Part shown: in pieces, positions 47,854-57,569 of the stretch | How the letters are laid out: every line of letters starts with the position of its first letter | Position numbering within the stretch: position 1 is the first letter of the stretch | Made by a program: the position numbers and the translations under genes | Notes under the pieces: model-generated | Told to the model about the DNA's origin: nothing | Databases searched by the model: none | The model's input: the letters and a program-made list of their open reading frames with translations, nothing else | Assembly (NCBI GenBank): GCA_035327665.1 | Contig: DAOLCW010000004.1 | Span: 2,598-66,597 of the forward strand | DNA length: 64,000 bases | Origin: Kiritimatiellia bacterium | GTDB taxonomy: Bacteria; Verrucomicrobiota; Kiritimatiellia; CAIVKH01 | Reading direction: 5' to 3'

Positions 47854-48084
47854 ATGAGCGCGAAATCCAAAGTCCGCAAAATCGGCAATTCCTACGGAAT
47901 CATCCTGCCCAAGGAGACCCTTCAGACCCTCAAGGTCAAGGAAGGCGACACCCTGTATCTGACCGAGGCCCCGGAGAATTCGATCCGGGTGACCGTTGAT
48001 CATAGCGATTTTGCCGAGAAAATGGATATCGTCGACGATCTCATGAATCGGTATCGAAACGCTCTGCGAGAATTGGCCAAATGA
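47854..48084 (+). CDS. AbrB/MazE/SpoVT-type antitoxin
   Basis: ATG at 47854: MSAKSKVRKIGNSYGIILPKETLQTLKVKEGDTLYL; stop overlaps doc start (ATGA). Confidence 0.65.
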   Translation: MSAKSKVRKIGNSYGIILPKETLQTLKVKEGDTLYLTEAPENSIRVTVDHSDFAEKMDIVDDLMNRYRNALRELAK

Positions 48085-48479
48085 ACGAGCCTCGTTGGGT
48101 TGAGGTGGCAGACTGCATCGCCCTACACGAAAAAATGGTCGCGCGTTTCGGAGGGCTGCCAGGCATCCGGGACGAAGGACTTTTGGAGTCCGCAGTTTAT
48201 CGGGCGAAACAACTTTTTGCTTACGGAGCCCCCTCCCTTTTTGACATGGCAGCCGCGTACGCATCAGGAATCATCCGAAATCATCCCTTTCTCGACGGCA
48301 ACAAACGGGCTGGACTTGTCGCGGCTGGACTTTTTATCGAACTCAACGGGTATCAACTCGAATGTCCAGAAGAAGAGGCCTTGCTCAACACGCTCGCCCT
48401 TGCCGCGGGCGAGATGGAGGAAGAGGCTTACGGAAAATGGTTGGAGAACGCCTGCCGACCGAGAAACGCCCTTGATTAG
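48081..48479 (+). CDS. doc: Doc (death-on-curing) Fic-family toxin
   Basis: HPFLDGNKRAG Fic/Doc motif. Confidence 0.8.
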   Translation: MNEPRWVEVADCIALHEKMVARFGGLPGIRDEGLLESAVYRAKQLFAYGAPSLFDMAAAYASGIIRNHPFLDGNKRAGLVAAGLFIELNGYQLECPEEEALLNTLALAAGEMEEEAYGKWLENACRPRNALD

Positions 48480-48592
48480 ACCGGGTTAAGAAACGTAGAC
48501 CTATACCAACACTTGATTACGGCTCGGCGAGACCCTCTAGAGGCGGGCAGGAAGCCTCGCCCTAGCTGATCATGCCAACCGAGTTTGCCGGC

Positions 48593-48940
48593 TCAGGGAT
48601 TCTCCTCATCCAGCGGCACGTCGTAGCCGCACTTCCAACAAGTGGTGAACTGACCCTCGATGGTTTCCCGGCACCGGGGACAGATCCAAGGGGCTTGAGA
48701 AACCTCCTCCGGGGCCTGCATGGCGGCAATCAAGGACAACGCCACGTTTTCATGCTCGTCGTTGACCCAGACTTCCGGCCACGCGAAGGTCATGGAGATC
48801 ATAAACGGAATCGGATTTCCGATTCCGGCCAGCGCGGACCCGCGCTCGTTTTTGAGCATGGCGGGGATCCCCTCCCCTTCGAGACGGGCCTTGATCATGT
48901 CACAGGGCACAACGCTGGGGTCCGTAAATACTTTCTTCAC
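48593..48940 (-). CDS. small protein with DUF2007-like N-terminal domain and C-terminal CxxC...CxxC zinc ribbon
   Basis: WICPRCRETIEGQFTTCWKCGY zinc ribbon; assignment of N-domain uncertain. Confidence 0.45.
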   Translation of the reverse strand: MKKVFTDPSVVPCDMIKARLEGEGIPAMLKNERGSALAGIGNPIPFMISMTFAWPEVWVNDEHENVALSLIAAMQAPEEVSQAPWICPRCRETIEGQFTTCWKCGYDVPLDEENP

Positions 48941-48954
48941 GTGTGGACCTCAGG

Positions 48955-49776
48955 TTAAGGCCGGCGCGGGAACTTGCTGAAGTCCGGCTTGCGCTTCTCG
49001 ACAAAGGCGTTTTTGCCTTCCTGGGCTTCCTCGCTCATGTAGTAGAGCAAGGTGGCATTGCCGGCCAATTCCTGGAGACCGGCCTGACCATCGCAGTCGG
49101 CGTTGAGGGCGGCTTTGAGGCAGCGGAGGGCCAGCGGGGACATCTGGAGGATTTCCCGGCACCACTGCACGGTTTCCTGTTCGAGTTGCGCCAAGGGAAC
49201 CACCGTGTTGACCAAGCCCATGTCCAACGCTTGTTGGGCATTGTATTGGCGGCACAGGAACCAAATCTCGCGGGCCTTCTTTTGCCCGACGATCCGGGCA
49301 AGGTAGGAGGCGCCGAATCCTCCGTCGAACGAGCCGACTTTGGGTCCGGTCTGCCCGAAGATCGCGTTGTCGGCGGCAAGGGTCAGATCACACATGACAT
49401 GAAGCACATGCCCTCCCCCAATCGCATAACCGGCAACCATGGCCACGATCGGCTTGGGACAGGTCCGGATCTGCCGCTGAAAATCGAGAACGTTGAGGCG
49501 ATGCACTCCCTTCCCGTCGACGTAGCCGGCATCGCCCCGGATCTTTTGGTCGCCGCCCGAGCAAAAGGCTTTTTCGCCCTGTCCGGTGAGAATGATCACT
49601 CCGATTTCATTGTCTTCGCGGGCGTCCTCGAGGGCCTTGATCATTTCCATGACGGTGAGGGGCCGGAACGCGTTGCGCACCTCGGGCCGGTTGATGGTGA
49701 TTTTGGCGATGCCCTCGGCCTTGTGGTAAAGGATATCGGTAAAGTCTCCAGCGGATTTCCAGTCGGGAAGGGACAT
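48955..49776 (-). CDS. menB: 1,4-dihydroxy-2-naphthoyl-CoA synthase
   Basis: ATG at 49776; crotonase fold with MenB signature ([16 protein letters not shown]...[15 protein letters not shown]); track ORF has spurious 134-aa N-extension. Confidence 0.9.
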   Translation of the reverse strand: MSLPDWKSAGDFTDILYHKAEGIAKITINRPEVRNAFRPLTVMEMIKALEDAREDNEIGVIILTGQGEKAFCSGGDQKIRGDAGYVDGKGVHRLNVLDFQRQIRTCPKPIVAMVAGYAIGGGHVLHVMCDLTLAADNAIFGQTGPKVGSFDGGFGASYLARIVGQKKAREIWFLCRQYNAQQALDMGLVNTVVPLAQLEQETVQWCREILQMSPLALRCLKAALNADCDGQAGLQELAGNATLLYYMSEEAQEGKNAFVEKRKPDFSKFPRRP

Positions 49777-49778
49777 GT

Positions 49779-50564
49779 TCAGCTCCTTTGCAAAAAATGG
49801 TTGATTGCCTTCGCCACCGCTCCGGGGGCGACCCGGAGCAAGGCATGGCCTGCTTTGGGTACAATAACCGCTTGGGCCCCCCGGCTCAAGCGCTGGACCC
49901 GCTCGACGATGTCCACATAGCGGGCATCCCGCTCTCCCGCCATCGCGAGGAGTGGGATGGAAAGGCGGCGGATGCGATGCCACATCGAGGGAAGCTCGCC
50001 GGGGCTCATTCCGACGATGACCTTCGCCAAACCTTCCCGGCATGCCTCGAGAGGCATCCGGGAGGCAAGAAGCGCGTCGAACTGGACGGGATCGTCGAGG
50101 AGATCTTGAAAGACCGGCTGGGTATACCAGGCCCGGAGCAGTCCGCTCCAGGCTTCGGAACGAATGCGAGCGGCCCACTGAGCATCCGCCCGCCGACGGG
50201 CGGTTCGCTCGCGGGCGTCTTCGAGGCCCGGCGAGGAGGACACAAGAAGGACCGCCTCGGGAGAAATCAGTCCGGAGCCCAGAGCCTGCAGCAACAGCCG
50301 CCCCCCCATGGAATAGCCAGCTACGGCGAGCCGGCGGGAAGGGTCCACCCGGGAAATCGCCGCGACCAATGCCTTCAAGGCCTCATTTAAACTATGGCCC
50401 TCGGCGAGGGCGTTCCCGGGTTGATGTCCGGGCAAACAAACCGACGTGGCGGCGATTCCGGAGTCCAAGCCGGCGAGGACGGGATCCCAGTCGAACGGGG
50501 AGCCCATGAAGCCGTGAACCGTGACGAGATGCCAGGGCGGCAGAGGGGAGGCGTCGTCGTTCAT
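49779..50564 (-). CDS. menH: 2-succinyl-6-hydroxy-2,4-cyclohexadiene-1-carboxylate synthase (alpha/beta hydrolase)
   Basis: GYSMGG nucleophile elbow; position between menD and menB; ATG at 50564 overlaps menD stop (ATGA). Confidence 0.7.
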   Translation of the reverse strand: MNDDASPLPPWHLVTVHGFMGSPFDWDPVLAGLDSGIAATSVCLPGHQPGNALAEGHSLNEALKALVAAISRVDPSRRLAVAGYSMGGRLLLQALGSGLISPEAVLLVSSSPGLEDARERTARRRADAQWAARIRSEAWSGLLRAWYTQPVFQDLLDDPVQFDALLASRMPLEACREGLAKVIVGMSPGELPSMWHRIRRLSIPLLAMAGERDARYVDIVERVQRLSRGAQAVIVPKAGHALLRVAPGAVAKAINHFLQRS

Positions 50565-52417
50565 GATGGAAACGCAGGCGCGTCGGAGGCGGACGATCCA
50601 CAACGGGCGAGGGCCGTGGTGAGATCACGATGCAACTGCAGGTTGGCCTCTCGGTTGGTTTGTACCTCGATCAAGGTCCATGCACGGCCGGCGGCGGCGG
50701 AACGGTAGGCCGAGCGGAAGGAGTCGGGGTCGGTGGCGAGGTGATAGGGAAGGGAAAACAGGTCGGCGGCGGAGCGGAAGGTTCTTCCATGCGGGGTGCC
50801 GAACAAGGTCTCGAACCGCTCGGTGGGCTCAGCGACGGGAAGAAAATGAAAGATGCCCCCACCGTTATTGTTGACGACCACGATCACGCCTCCCTGAGGA
50901 AGACGACCGGCGAGGGCGAGGGAATTTAGATCATGCAGGAGGGCGAGGTCGCCGAGGACAAGGGTAAGTTTGGCCCCCGCCCCGTTGGCGAATCCGATCG
51001 CGCTGGCGACGGTTCCGTCGATCCCGCTCGCCCCCCGGTTGGCTGCGGTCCATGCCGACGAACCGGGCACACCGGCAAGGTCCATGTCCCGCACCGGCAT
51101 GCTGCTGCCGAGGAACAACACATGGTCATGAGGGATTTCCGACGAAACGATTCGGGCAACCCCCGGTTCGGAAAGGACCGCTCCCGGCCCGAGGTTTTCG
51201 TCGAGGATGTCCCCGGCTTGCCGGTTGGCCCGGGACCAACTGCGCGTCCACGCTCCCATCCGTTCCGGGGTGTCGGGACATGGGCCCTGCTCCTCCCAAA
51301 TCCCCAACAGATTCTCGATCCATTCGGGATCGGCATCGATGCATTCATGAATGCCACGCTCGGGGTCGATCCGGTGCCCGTGCCTTCCCACGAGAACATG
51401 CAAAGGGGCCCCGCTCCGGTTGAGGAAGGCGGTGATCCGCTTGGAGGTCATCCGCCCTCCAGCATGGAGAATCGCCCGGGGGAGGTGGTCGTCAAAGAAA
51501 CCGCCACACCCCATGGCATCGGCGTAGTGGATCACCCACGGATGATCGACCAGCCGGAGACCGGAGGTGACGTCGGGAAGGATCGGCCAGTTGAGGGCGA
51601 CCGCCGCCTTCAAGAGGGCGGAACGGGCGGCCAGACTCAAGCCACCCCCCGCAACAATCACTCCCCGCTCCTCCGCGGAGAGCCGTGCGGCCAGCGAGCG
51701 GGCTTCCCGTTCGGACGGAGCGAAACGGGACGGAGCATGCCGGACCAGCGGGCCGGTCTGGGAGCGCCACGCGGAGAGGTTCTCCCACGCCTCGGCAGTC
51801 CCATCCTCGACCGGAACCGGAGCGAGGGGCTCCCGGAAGGCAATATTCACATGAACCGGACCGGGGGTCCGCCCGGTGGCCATCCACATGGCATGGTCTA
51901 CGACCGATAAGACCTGGGAAGGAGGGGTGGCGATGTCCGGCGGCCCAAGATCGCAGAACCAGCGGACGTACGTTCCGAAGATCCGGGCCTGGTCGATGGT
52001 TTGGTTGGCTCCGGTTTCCCGCAACTCGGGCGGGCGGTCGGCAGTGAGCAGAATCAGGGGCAGGTGCTCCATCGATGCCTCGACCACGGCGGGGAAAAGG
52101 TTGGCCACGGCGGTGCCGGAGGTGGTGATCACCACCGGGGGCTTTCCCGACGAACGGGCCCAGCCCGAAGCAAGGAATCCACACCCGCGCTCATCCCAAT
52201 GCACGATGGATGACGAAGCGAGATCGAACGCGGCGAGGGCAAGCGGACTGGATCGCGACCCCGGAGCGATAATGAACGGACCCGCTCCGAGCCGAAGCAG
52301 CTCCTCGACGGCCAGCCTTGCCCATAACCCATTCCGGTTCGGTGGAGGCAGCCCCGCGCTCACGTTGTGGATATCCTTTGTAAAAACTGGTTCATTTTCC
52401 GCTCGATTTCTTCCCAC
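50561..52417 (-). CDS. menD: 2-succinyl-5-enolpyruvyl-6-hydroxy-3-cyclohexene-1-carboxylate synthase (TPP-dependent)
   Basis: IIAPGSRSSPLALAAF N-terminal MenD motif; TPP-binding GDLALLHDLNSL; true start probably downstream of 52417 (track ORF overlaps menF). Confidence 0.8.
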   Translation of the reverse strand: MGRNRAENEPVFTKDIHNVSAGLPPPNRNGLWARLAVEELLRLGAGPFIIAPGSRSSPLALAAFDLASSSIVHWDERGCGFLASGWARSSGKPPVVITTSGTAVANLFPAVVEASMEHLPLILLTADRPPELRETGANQTIDQARIFGTYVRWFCDLGPPDIATPPSQVLSVVDHAMWMATGRTPGPVHVNIAFREPLAPVPVEDGTAEAWENLSAWRSQTGPLVRHAPSRFAPSEREARSLAARLSAEERGVIVAGGGLSLAARSALLKAAVALNWPILPDVTSGLRLVDHPWVIHYADAMGCGGFFDDHLPRAILHAGGRMTSKRITAFLNRSGAPLHVLVGRHGHRIDPERGIHECIDADPEWIENLLGIWEEQGPCPDTPERMGAWTRSWSRANRQAGDILDENLGPGAVLSEPGVARIVSSEIPHDHVLFLGSSMPVRDMDLAGVPGSSAWTAANRGASGIDGTVASAIGFANGAGAKLTLVLGDLALLHDLNSLALAGRLPQGGVIVVVNNNGGGIFHFLPVAEPTERFETLFGTPHGRTFRSAADLFSLPYHLATDPDSFRSAYRSAAAGRAWTLIEVQTNREANLQLHRDLTTALARCGSSASDAPAFPS

Positions 52418-53709
52418 TCTTCTTCCGGCCGGGATCCCTCCACCAATCCTGCCCCTGCATACACGAGAAGGCGGCGTCCGGCAATCAATCCGCTCCGGAT
52501 GGCCACCGCGAATTCCGCCGAATCCCGGCTGATCCAGCCTAGGGGTCCGGTATACCAGCCCCGGTCGAAGGGCTCGATGGCCCGCAGAAGTTCCAAGGCC
52601 GCTTCGCGGGGATGGCCACCCACCGCCGGAGTGGGATGCAAAGCCCGGAGAAGATCAGCGGAGGATGCCGACGTCGAAAGCGTACCTTCGAAGGAGGTGA
52701 TCAGGTGCTGCAGCCGGTCCAGACGCAGAATGTCCGGCCCATGGATCCGGGTCACCTCGACCCCTACGGATTCGAGTGAGGCGCGTACCCGGTCGGTAAC
52801 GATCTGCTGCTCAACCCGGAGCTTTTCCGAATGAAGGAGCTGCCCGGCGAACTCATCGTCCTCCTGCGTATCCGCACCCCGGGGCACCGTTCCCGCGACC
52901 GATTCGCTGAACACGCGGTCCCCGTCGCGAAGAAACAACCGCTCCGGGGTCAGGCCAAGAAAGGCGAGGTGGTTTCCGTACAGGAAACCAAAGTGATAGC
53001 AACGGCGGTTGCGGTCGATCATGTGGGCAAGCAGTCCGAGCGGGGAAAGTTTCCGGGCGAACCAAAAGGAACTGCGGCGGGCGAGCACGAGCTTGCGAAT
53101 CCGTCCGGCGCGAATGGCCTCGAGGGCCCGGGCGACCCGTCGCCGCCACCCTCTCCATCCGGGTCGATTGATCTGAATCCGAAAACCCGGAAGTGCCCCG
53201 GGCTGGATCGCTACCGTCCATGGATCAAGAGCGGACCGGATCCGGGGCCACGGATCATCCCCGGCTTCCCCGGCCCGGAGGTTGAGGGCAAGGCAGCAGC
53301 GGCCCTCGCCGCGGATCAATTCCATTTCCGGAAGCACAAACAAGTACCCCCCGATCGAACGCCAAATCCCCCGGGGCGGGCGACCGGAATCGAACCGCAC
53401 CCCTCCGTAATAACGGCAGCCCGGGGGCAGGTCGGCCAGCGCTGCCTGAATGAGGTCAAGGGGCTCGGCGGGATCTCCGGACACCTCCCCTTTCCGCCAG
53501 TCCGCCCGGCCTGCAGCGGCAATGGATAGACGGTCCTCGCGATCGGAACAGTAGAGTCTGACGTTATCCCGGCGGGCGGAAAGCCAGGCCAGGGGATCGG
53601 TATCGGGAACCTCAATCTCAACCCGGACCATCGAACCGGACAAGGCTTCAGCCAATCTCTTTCGTATCGCCTGCTCGAGGGCCGGCCAATCTGGAAGTAG
53701 GGAGGGCAT
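52360..53709 (-). CDS. menF: isochorismate synthase
   Basis: Chorismate-binding C-terminal region (PTPAVGGHPREAALELL...GWYTGPLGWI...AGAGLVEGSRPEEEWEE). Confidence 0.8.
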   Translation of the reverse strand: MPSLLPDWPALEQAIRKRLAEALSGSMVRVEIEVPDTDPLAWLSARRDNVRLYCSDREDRLSIAAAGRADWRKGEVSGDPAEPLDLIQAALADLPPGCRYYGGVRFDSGRPPRGIWRSIGGYLFVLPEMELIRGEGRCCLALNLRAGEAGDDPWPRIRSALDPWTVAIQPGALPGFRIQINRPGWRGWRRRVARALEAIRAGRIRKLVLARRSSFWFARKLSPLGLLAHMIDRNRRCYHFGFLYGNHLAFLGLTPERLFLRDGDRVFSESVAGTVPRGADTQEDDEFAGQLLHSEKLRVEQQIVTDRVRASLESVGVEVTRIHGPDILRLDRLQHLITSFEGTLSTSASSADLLRALHPTPAVGGHPREAALELLRAIEPFDRGWYTGPLGWISRDSAEFAVAIRSGLIAGRRLLVYAGAGLVEGSRPEEEWEEIERKMNQFLQRISTT

Positions 53710-53715
53710 GGCCGC

Positions 53716-54450
53716 TCAACGGGTCGGACAGTTGCCTTCGTAAATCGCAGCGATTCCAAGGGTTTGCTGGTGAACCGACGCGCGGGCAAAACCAGCGTTC
53801 AGCATGAGTTCGGAGAAGGCCGCACCATGGGGGAAGTCTTCGATGGTCAGATTCAGATACCGGTAGGCATAGGGATCGCCGGAAATGACTCTTCCGAGCA
53901 GGGGCAGAGTCCAGCGCAGGTAGCAAAAATAAAAGCGCCGGATGGAAACCGAAGGAGGAATGGAGAATTCAAGGATCAGGGCCCGTCCGCCCGGACGGAG
54001 GACACGACGGATTTCTTTTAGGGTCTCGAGGACATCGACCACATTCCGGATTCCAAAGGACATGGTCACCGCGTCGAAGCTCTGGTCGGGGAAGGGCAAG
54101 GCCATGGCGTCCCCGGACCGCAACTCCAGCCGGTCCCCCAACCCGCGGGCTTCGATCTTTCGCCTGCCGACTTCAAGCATTCTCTCCGACAGGTCAATTC
54201 CCACCCCCCGCCGGATGATTAAGCCCCGGTCGACGAGGGCGAAAAGCTGGTCGGCAGTGCCGGTAGCGAGATCCAACACCTCAATCTCCCGCTCCCTTGG
54301 AAGCAGCCGGGCGACCCGCCGCCGCCAGACCACATCTTTGCGAAACGAAAGAAGCCGATTGATACAATCGTAGCGGGGGGCGATCCGGTCGAACATGGAC
54401 CAGACCCCGTCCCGGGAGGTCGCGAGATCGGTCTGGGTCGAATAATTCAT
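53716..54450 (-). CDS. ubiE: demethylmenaquinone/ubiquinone C-methyltransferase
   Basis: ATG at 54450; FDRIAPRYDCINRLLSF, VLDLATGT SAM motif, class I MTase. Confidence 0.8.
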   Translation of the reverse strand: MNYSTQTDLATSRDGVWSMFDRIAPRYDCINRLLSFRKDVVWRRRVARLLPREREIEVLDLATGTADQLFALVDRGLIIRRGVGIDLSERMLEVGRRKIEARGLGDRLELRSGDAMALPFPDQSFDAVTMSFGIRNVVDVLETLKEIRRVLRPGGRALILEFSIPPSVSIRRFYFCYLRWTLPLLGRVISGDPYAYRYLNLTIEDFPHGAAFSELMLNAGFARASVHQQTLGIAAIYEGNCPTR

Positions 54451-54571
54451 GCGAAAAACTATACCACAACCCATGCCCTCCGCAATCGCGAGGGTTTTCC
54501 CCCCATCGCAGGCCTTTCCGCGATGAATGTGCTTGTGCGATCCTTAAAAAACGGTATCAGAAAAGGCGCTC

Positions 54572-55378
54572 ATGAAAAAACCTCCGGCTCATTCCCTGTT
54601 CAAAGCTCTTCTCCGGCTGGCCATTGCCTCGGTGACCCTGCTTGCGGCCTGCAAGGATGCCCCGGTTGCCCCGGACCTCAAGGAGCGCTTCGAACTCGTC
54701 GCGACCTACCCCACCGATCCGACGGCTTACACCCAGGGTCTGTTGTTCCATAACGGATTCCTTTACGAAAGCACCGGGTTATACGGGCAATCCTCCCTGC
54801 GCAAGGTGGAACTGGAAACCGGACGGGTCATCAAACGGAGGATGCTGCCCCCCCAGTATTTCGGTGAGGGGCTGACCGTGTACAGCAACCGTCTGTACCA
54901 ACTGACCTGGATGGAGGAGGTGGTGCTGGTTTACGACCTCGAAACCCTCGCCTTTCTTGGAACCTTCCCCTTTGAGGGTGAGGGATGGGGGGTGACCACC
55001 CTGAACGGGGAACTGGTGGTCAGCGACGGCACGGATTCCCTGCGGTTTTACGACCCCGCAAGCATGCAGCGGATCCGGCGCCTTTCTGTGACCGAACAAG
55101 GGCGCCCGTTGTTCCGTCTCAATGAGTTGGAAGCAATCGACGGACAGATTTATGCCCATCTCTTCATGACCGACGATCTCGTCCGGATCGATCCGGTCAC
55201 CGGGGAAGTCACCGGACGATGGTCATTTCCCGACCTCCATCCGTCCGCGCTCCGCTCCAGCGTCGAAGAGGTCTTTAACGGCATTGCCTACGATGTGGAA
55301 ACCGGCCGAATCTTCATGACGGGAAAAAACTGGCCGCATCTTTTCGAGTTCAAAAAGGTTCGCGCAATCACCCGGTGA
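54572..55378 (+). CDS. glutaminyl-peptide cyclotransferase family lipoprotein
   Basis: YTQGLLFHNGFLYESTGLYGQSSLRKVELETG...GEGLTVYSNRLYQLTW beta-propeller glutamine cyclotransferase motifs; lipobox LLAAC. Confidence 0.75.
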   Translation: MKKPPAHSLFKALLRLAIASVTLLAACKDAPVAPDLKERFELVATYPTDPTAYTQGLLFHNGFLYESTGLYGQSSLRKVELETGRVIKRRMLPPQYFGEGLTVYSNRLYQLTWMEEVVLVYDLETLAFLGTFPFEGEGWGVTTLNGELVVSDGTDSLRFYDPASMQRIRRLSVTEQGRPLFRLNELEAIDGQIYAHLFMTDDLVRIDPVTGEVTGRWSFPDLHPSALRSSVEEVFNGIAYDVETGRIFMTGKNWPHLFEFKKVRAITR

Positions 55379-55384
55379 ACGACA

Positions 55385-57556
55385 TCAAGGTGTCGTGCCA
55401 CAACCTGCGGGGGGATTCGACCACTTTCCGATTTCCTCGAACTCGTTCCAACAGGTCTCGAACACTTCAACCACTTTCGGATCGAAAAACAACCCGGAAC
55501 CCTCCTGAATAACTTTAACGGCAACGTCAGCGGGACGTGAAGGGGAATAGGGCCGCTCGGAACGGATCGCATCGTAGGTGTCAACGATGGCAAAGATCCG
55601 TGCGCCCAGACAAATCTCTTCGCCTTTGAGGCCAAGAGGATAGCCGGATCCATCGTATCGCTCCTGATGTTGATAGACAATTTGAGCAATTTCCGCCAGA
55701 TGGGGGCGACGGGCAAGAATACGGTACCCGATTTCGGGGTGTTGGCGCATGACCGTCCATTCCTCCTCGGTCAACTGGCCGGGTTTAAGAAGAATGGCAT
55801 CCGGAACACCGACTTTACCAATATCATGCAGGAGGCCTCCGTGTTCAATTTCATCGACGAGCTTCTGCGGCAATCCCATGCGCTGGGCAAGTAACCGGGA
55901 CATTTTAGATACCCGATAGCTGTGCTCGCCCGTCGCGGCTTCTTTTGCATCAAGCAGGGCGGAAAGGGCATTGAGGGTGAAGGCATGGGATTCTTTAAGC
56001 TGAGTCAACGCGGTGGACAATTCCCGGTTGCGGGCCCGGACCATGCTTTCCAATTGATGCTGATAGTTTCGATTTTCCTTGATCAGCGCATGGTATTCCA
56101 AGGCGCGCTGCACAGAACTGGATAAATGATCGAGATTAAAAGGTTTTTCGATGAAGTCGTAGGCCCCAGCCCGCAAACTCGCGATGGCATTTTCCATCGT
56201 TGCCTGACCGGTCATGACGATCTTCACCATCGCTTCATCCATTCGTTCCAGGTCATTGACGAGATCAAGTCCGCTTTCACCGTCGAGGTTGACATCGATC
56301 AAGGCGAGGTTGAACGCAGGCTTGGCCTCCCGGATGCGAGCCCGTGCGGCGGTCGCGGATTGTTCGGTGACCACCTCGTGACCTTCCCGGCCAAGAAATC
56401 CCTGAAGAACCCGGCAAATCCCCGTTTCGTCATCAACAACAAGAATTCGACCCTTCCATCCGTTTTTCTCCGCGCGCGATTCCAGAGGATCGGTCGCGTC
56501 AGCAGCACGGGATGAGGTCATCGCTTCAGAGCCTGATCCCTTCCAGGATCGAAGGCGGTCCCGGCCCTCCGCCTTGGCCATATACAGGGATTGATCGGCT
56601 TGGCGAAGCAACGTTTCCGAATCAACGCGATCTTCGCGCGGAACACACGTGGATAGTCCGATGGATACCGTGGCATGGATGCTCTGGGCAATGGTGAGAA
56701 AAGGAGTTTTCCGGACTTCATCAAGGATCCTCTGGGCGAGCGCCTCCGCTTGCGTCAACGTGGCCCGGGGTAGAAGGATGATGATTTCATCTCCGCCCAA
56801 TCGTCCGACACAATCGGTGGTTCGCACGCAGGTGGATAGTCGCTGACTGATATCCCGTAGCACATCATCACCAACCGCATGACCGAAGCTGTCGTTGATC
56901 AACTTGAAATGATCGACATCCAGGGAAAGGATGCTGAGAGCACCTCCATAACGATCCAGATAGTTCCAAATCCGATTTAACTCATGCTGTATTCCGCGGC
57001 GATTGAACAGTCCCGTCAAGGGGTCATGACGCGAGACGTCCCGAATTTTCTGCAATCCGGCCAGCATCCCGGAAACCACAAGTGTGAAACGATCCACGAA
57101 CGAGCGAGCAGGTTCATCAAATGTTCGGCCCGGCTTCAACCACATCCAAAAGGCATGGTGGCTATTTTCCTCCGAAGACCGCAGTGGGATCTCCAGAACC
57201 TCGCCCGTTTCACGCCGCGTAGACCGTTCATCAGGGGATTCACCCTGCCACTCCACTTGTAATCCGGAATGTCCCGAAAGCCCCCCGCCCGCTCCGATCA
57301 GCGACCCCTCAAGGGCCGTACGCATATTCAAGGCAAGTTCAGGATGAACCGACACCCGCATATTCAAAATGACTCGAGGGGCGTCAGGATCGGCGATCTT
57401 GATCCCCATGGCAAGTACCGCATCGGACTCAAGTAGAGCTTGAGCTTGATACATCACGCGGGAAATCGACTCGGTCCGGTACCCCTCTTCCCATAGCACG
57501 GACCAGGCATTCAGACCTGGTCCGTGGTTATTTGTCGGGGATGGATTTCCGTTCAC
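55385..57556 (-). CDS. c-di-GMP signalling protein: N-terminal sensory region - GGDEF - REC - HD-GYP
   Basis: RLGGDEIIILLP (GGDEF), ILVVDDETGICRVL receiver, HDIGKVGVPDAIL and YDGSGYP (HD-GYP). Confidence 0.8.
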   Translation of the reverse strand: MNGNPSPTNNHGPGLNAWSVLWEEGYRTESISRVMYQAQALLESDAVLAMGIKIADPDAPRVILNMRVSVHPELALNMRTALEGSLIGAGGGLSGHSGLQVEWQGESPDERSTRRETGEVLEIPLRSSEENSHHAFWMWLKPGRTFDEPARSFVDRFTLVVSGMLAGLQKIRDVSRHDPLTGLFNRRGIQHELNRIWNYLDRYGGALSILSLDVDHFKLINDSFGHAVGDDVLRDISQRLSTCVRTTDCVGRLGGDEIIILLPRATLTQAEALAQRILDEVRKTPFLTIAQSIHATVSIGLSTCVPREDRVDSETLLRQADQSLYMAKAEGRDRLRSWKGSGSEAMTSSRAADATDPLESRAEKNGWKGRILVVDDETGICRVLQGFLGREGHEVVTEQSATAARARIREAKPAFNLALIDVNLDGESGLDLVNDLERMDEAMVKIVMTGQATMENAIASLRAGAYDFIEKPFNLDHLSSSVQRALEYHALIKENRNYQHQLESMVRARNRELSTALTQLKESHAFTLNALSALLDAKEAATGEHSYRVSKMSRLLAQRMGLPQKLVDEIEHGGLLHDIGKVGVPDAILLKPGQLTEEEWTVMRQHPEIGYRILARRPHLAEIAQIVYQHQERYDGSGYPLGLKGEEICLGARIFAIVDTYDAIRSERPYSPSRPADVAVKVIQEGSGLFFDPKVVEVFETCWNEFEEIGKWSNPPAGCGTTP

Positions 57557-57569
57557 AACGGAAACAATG

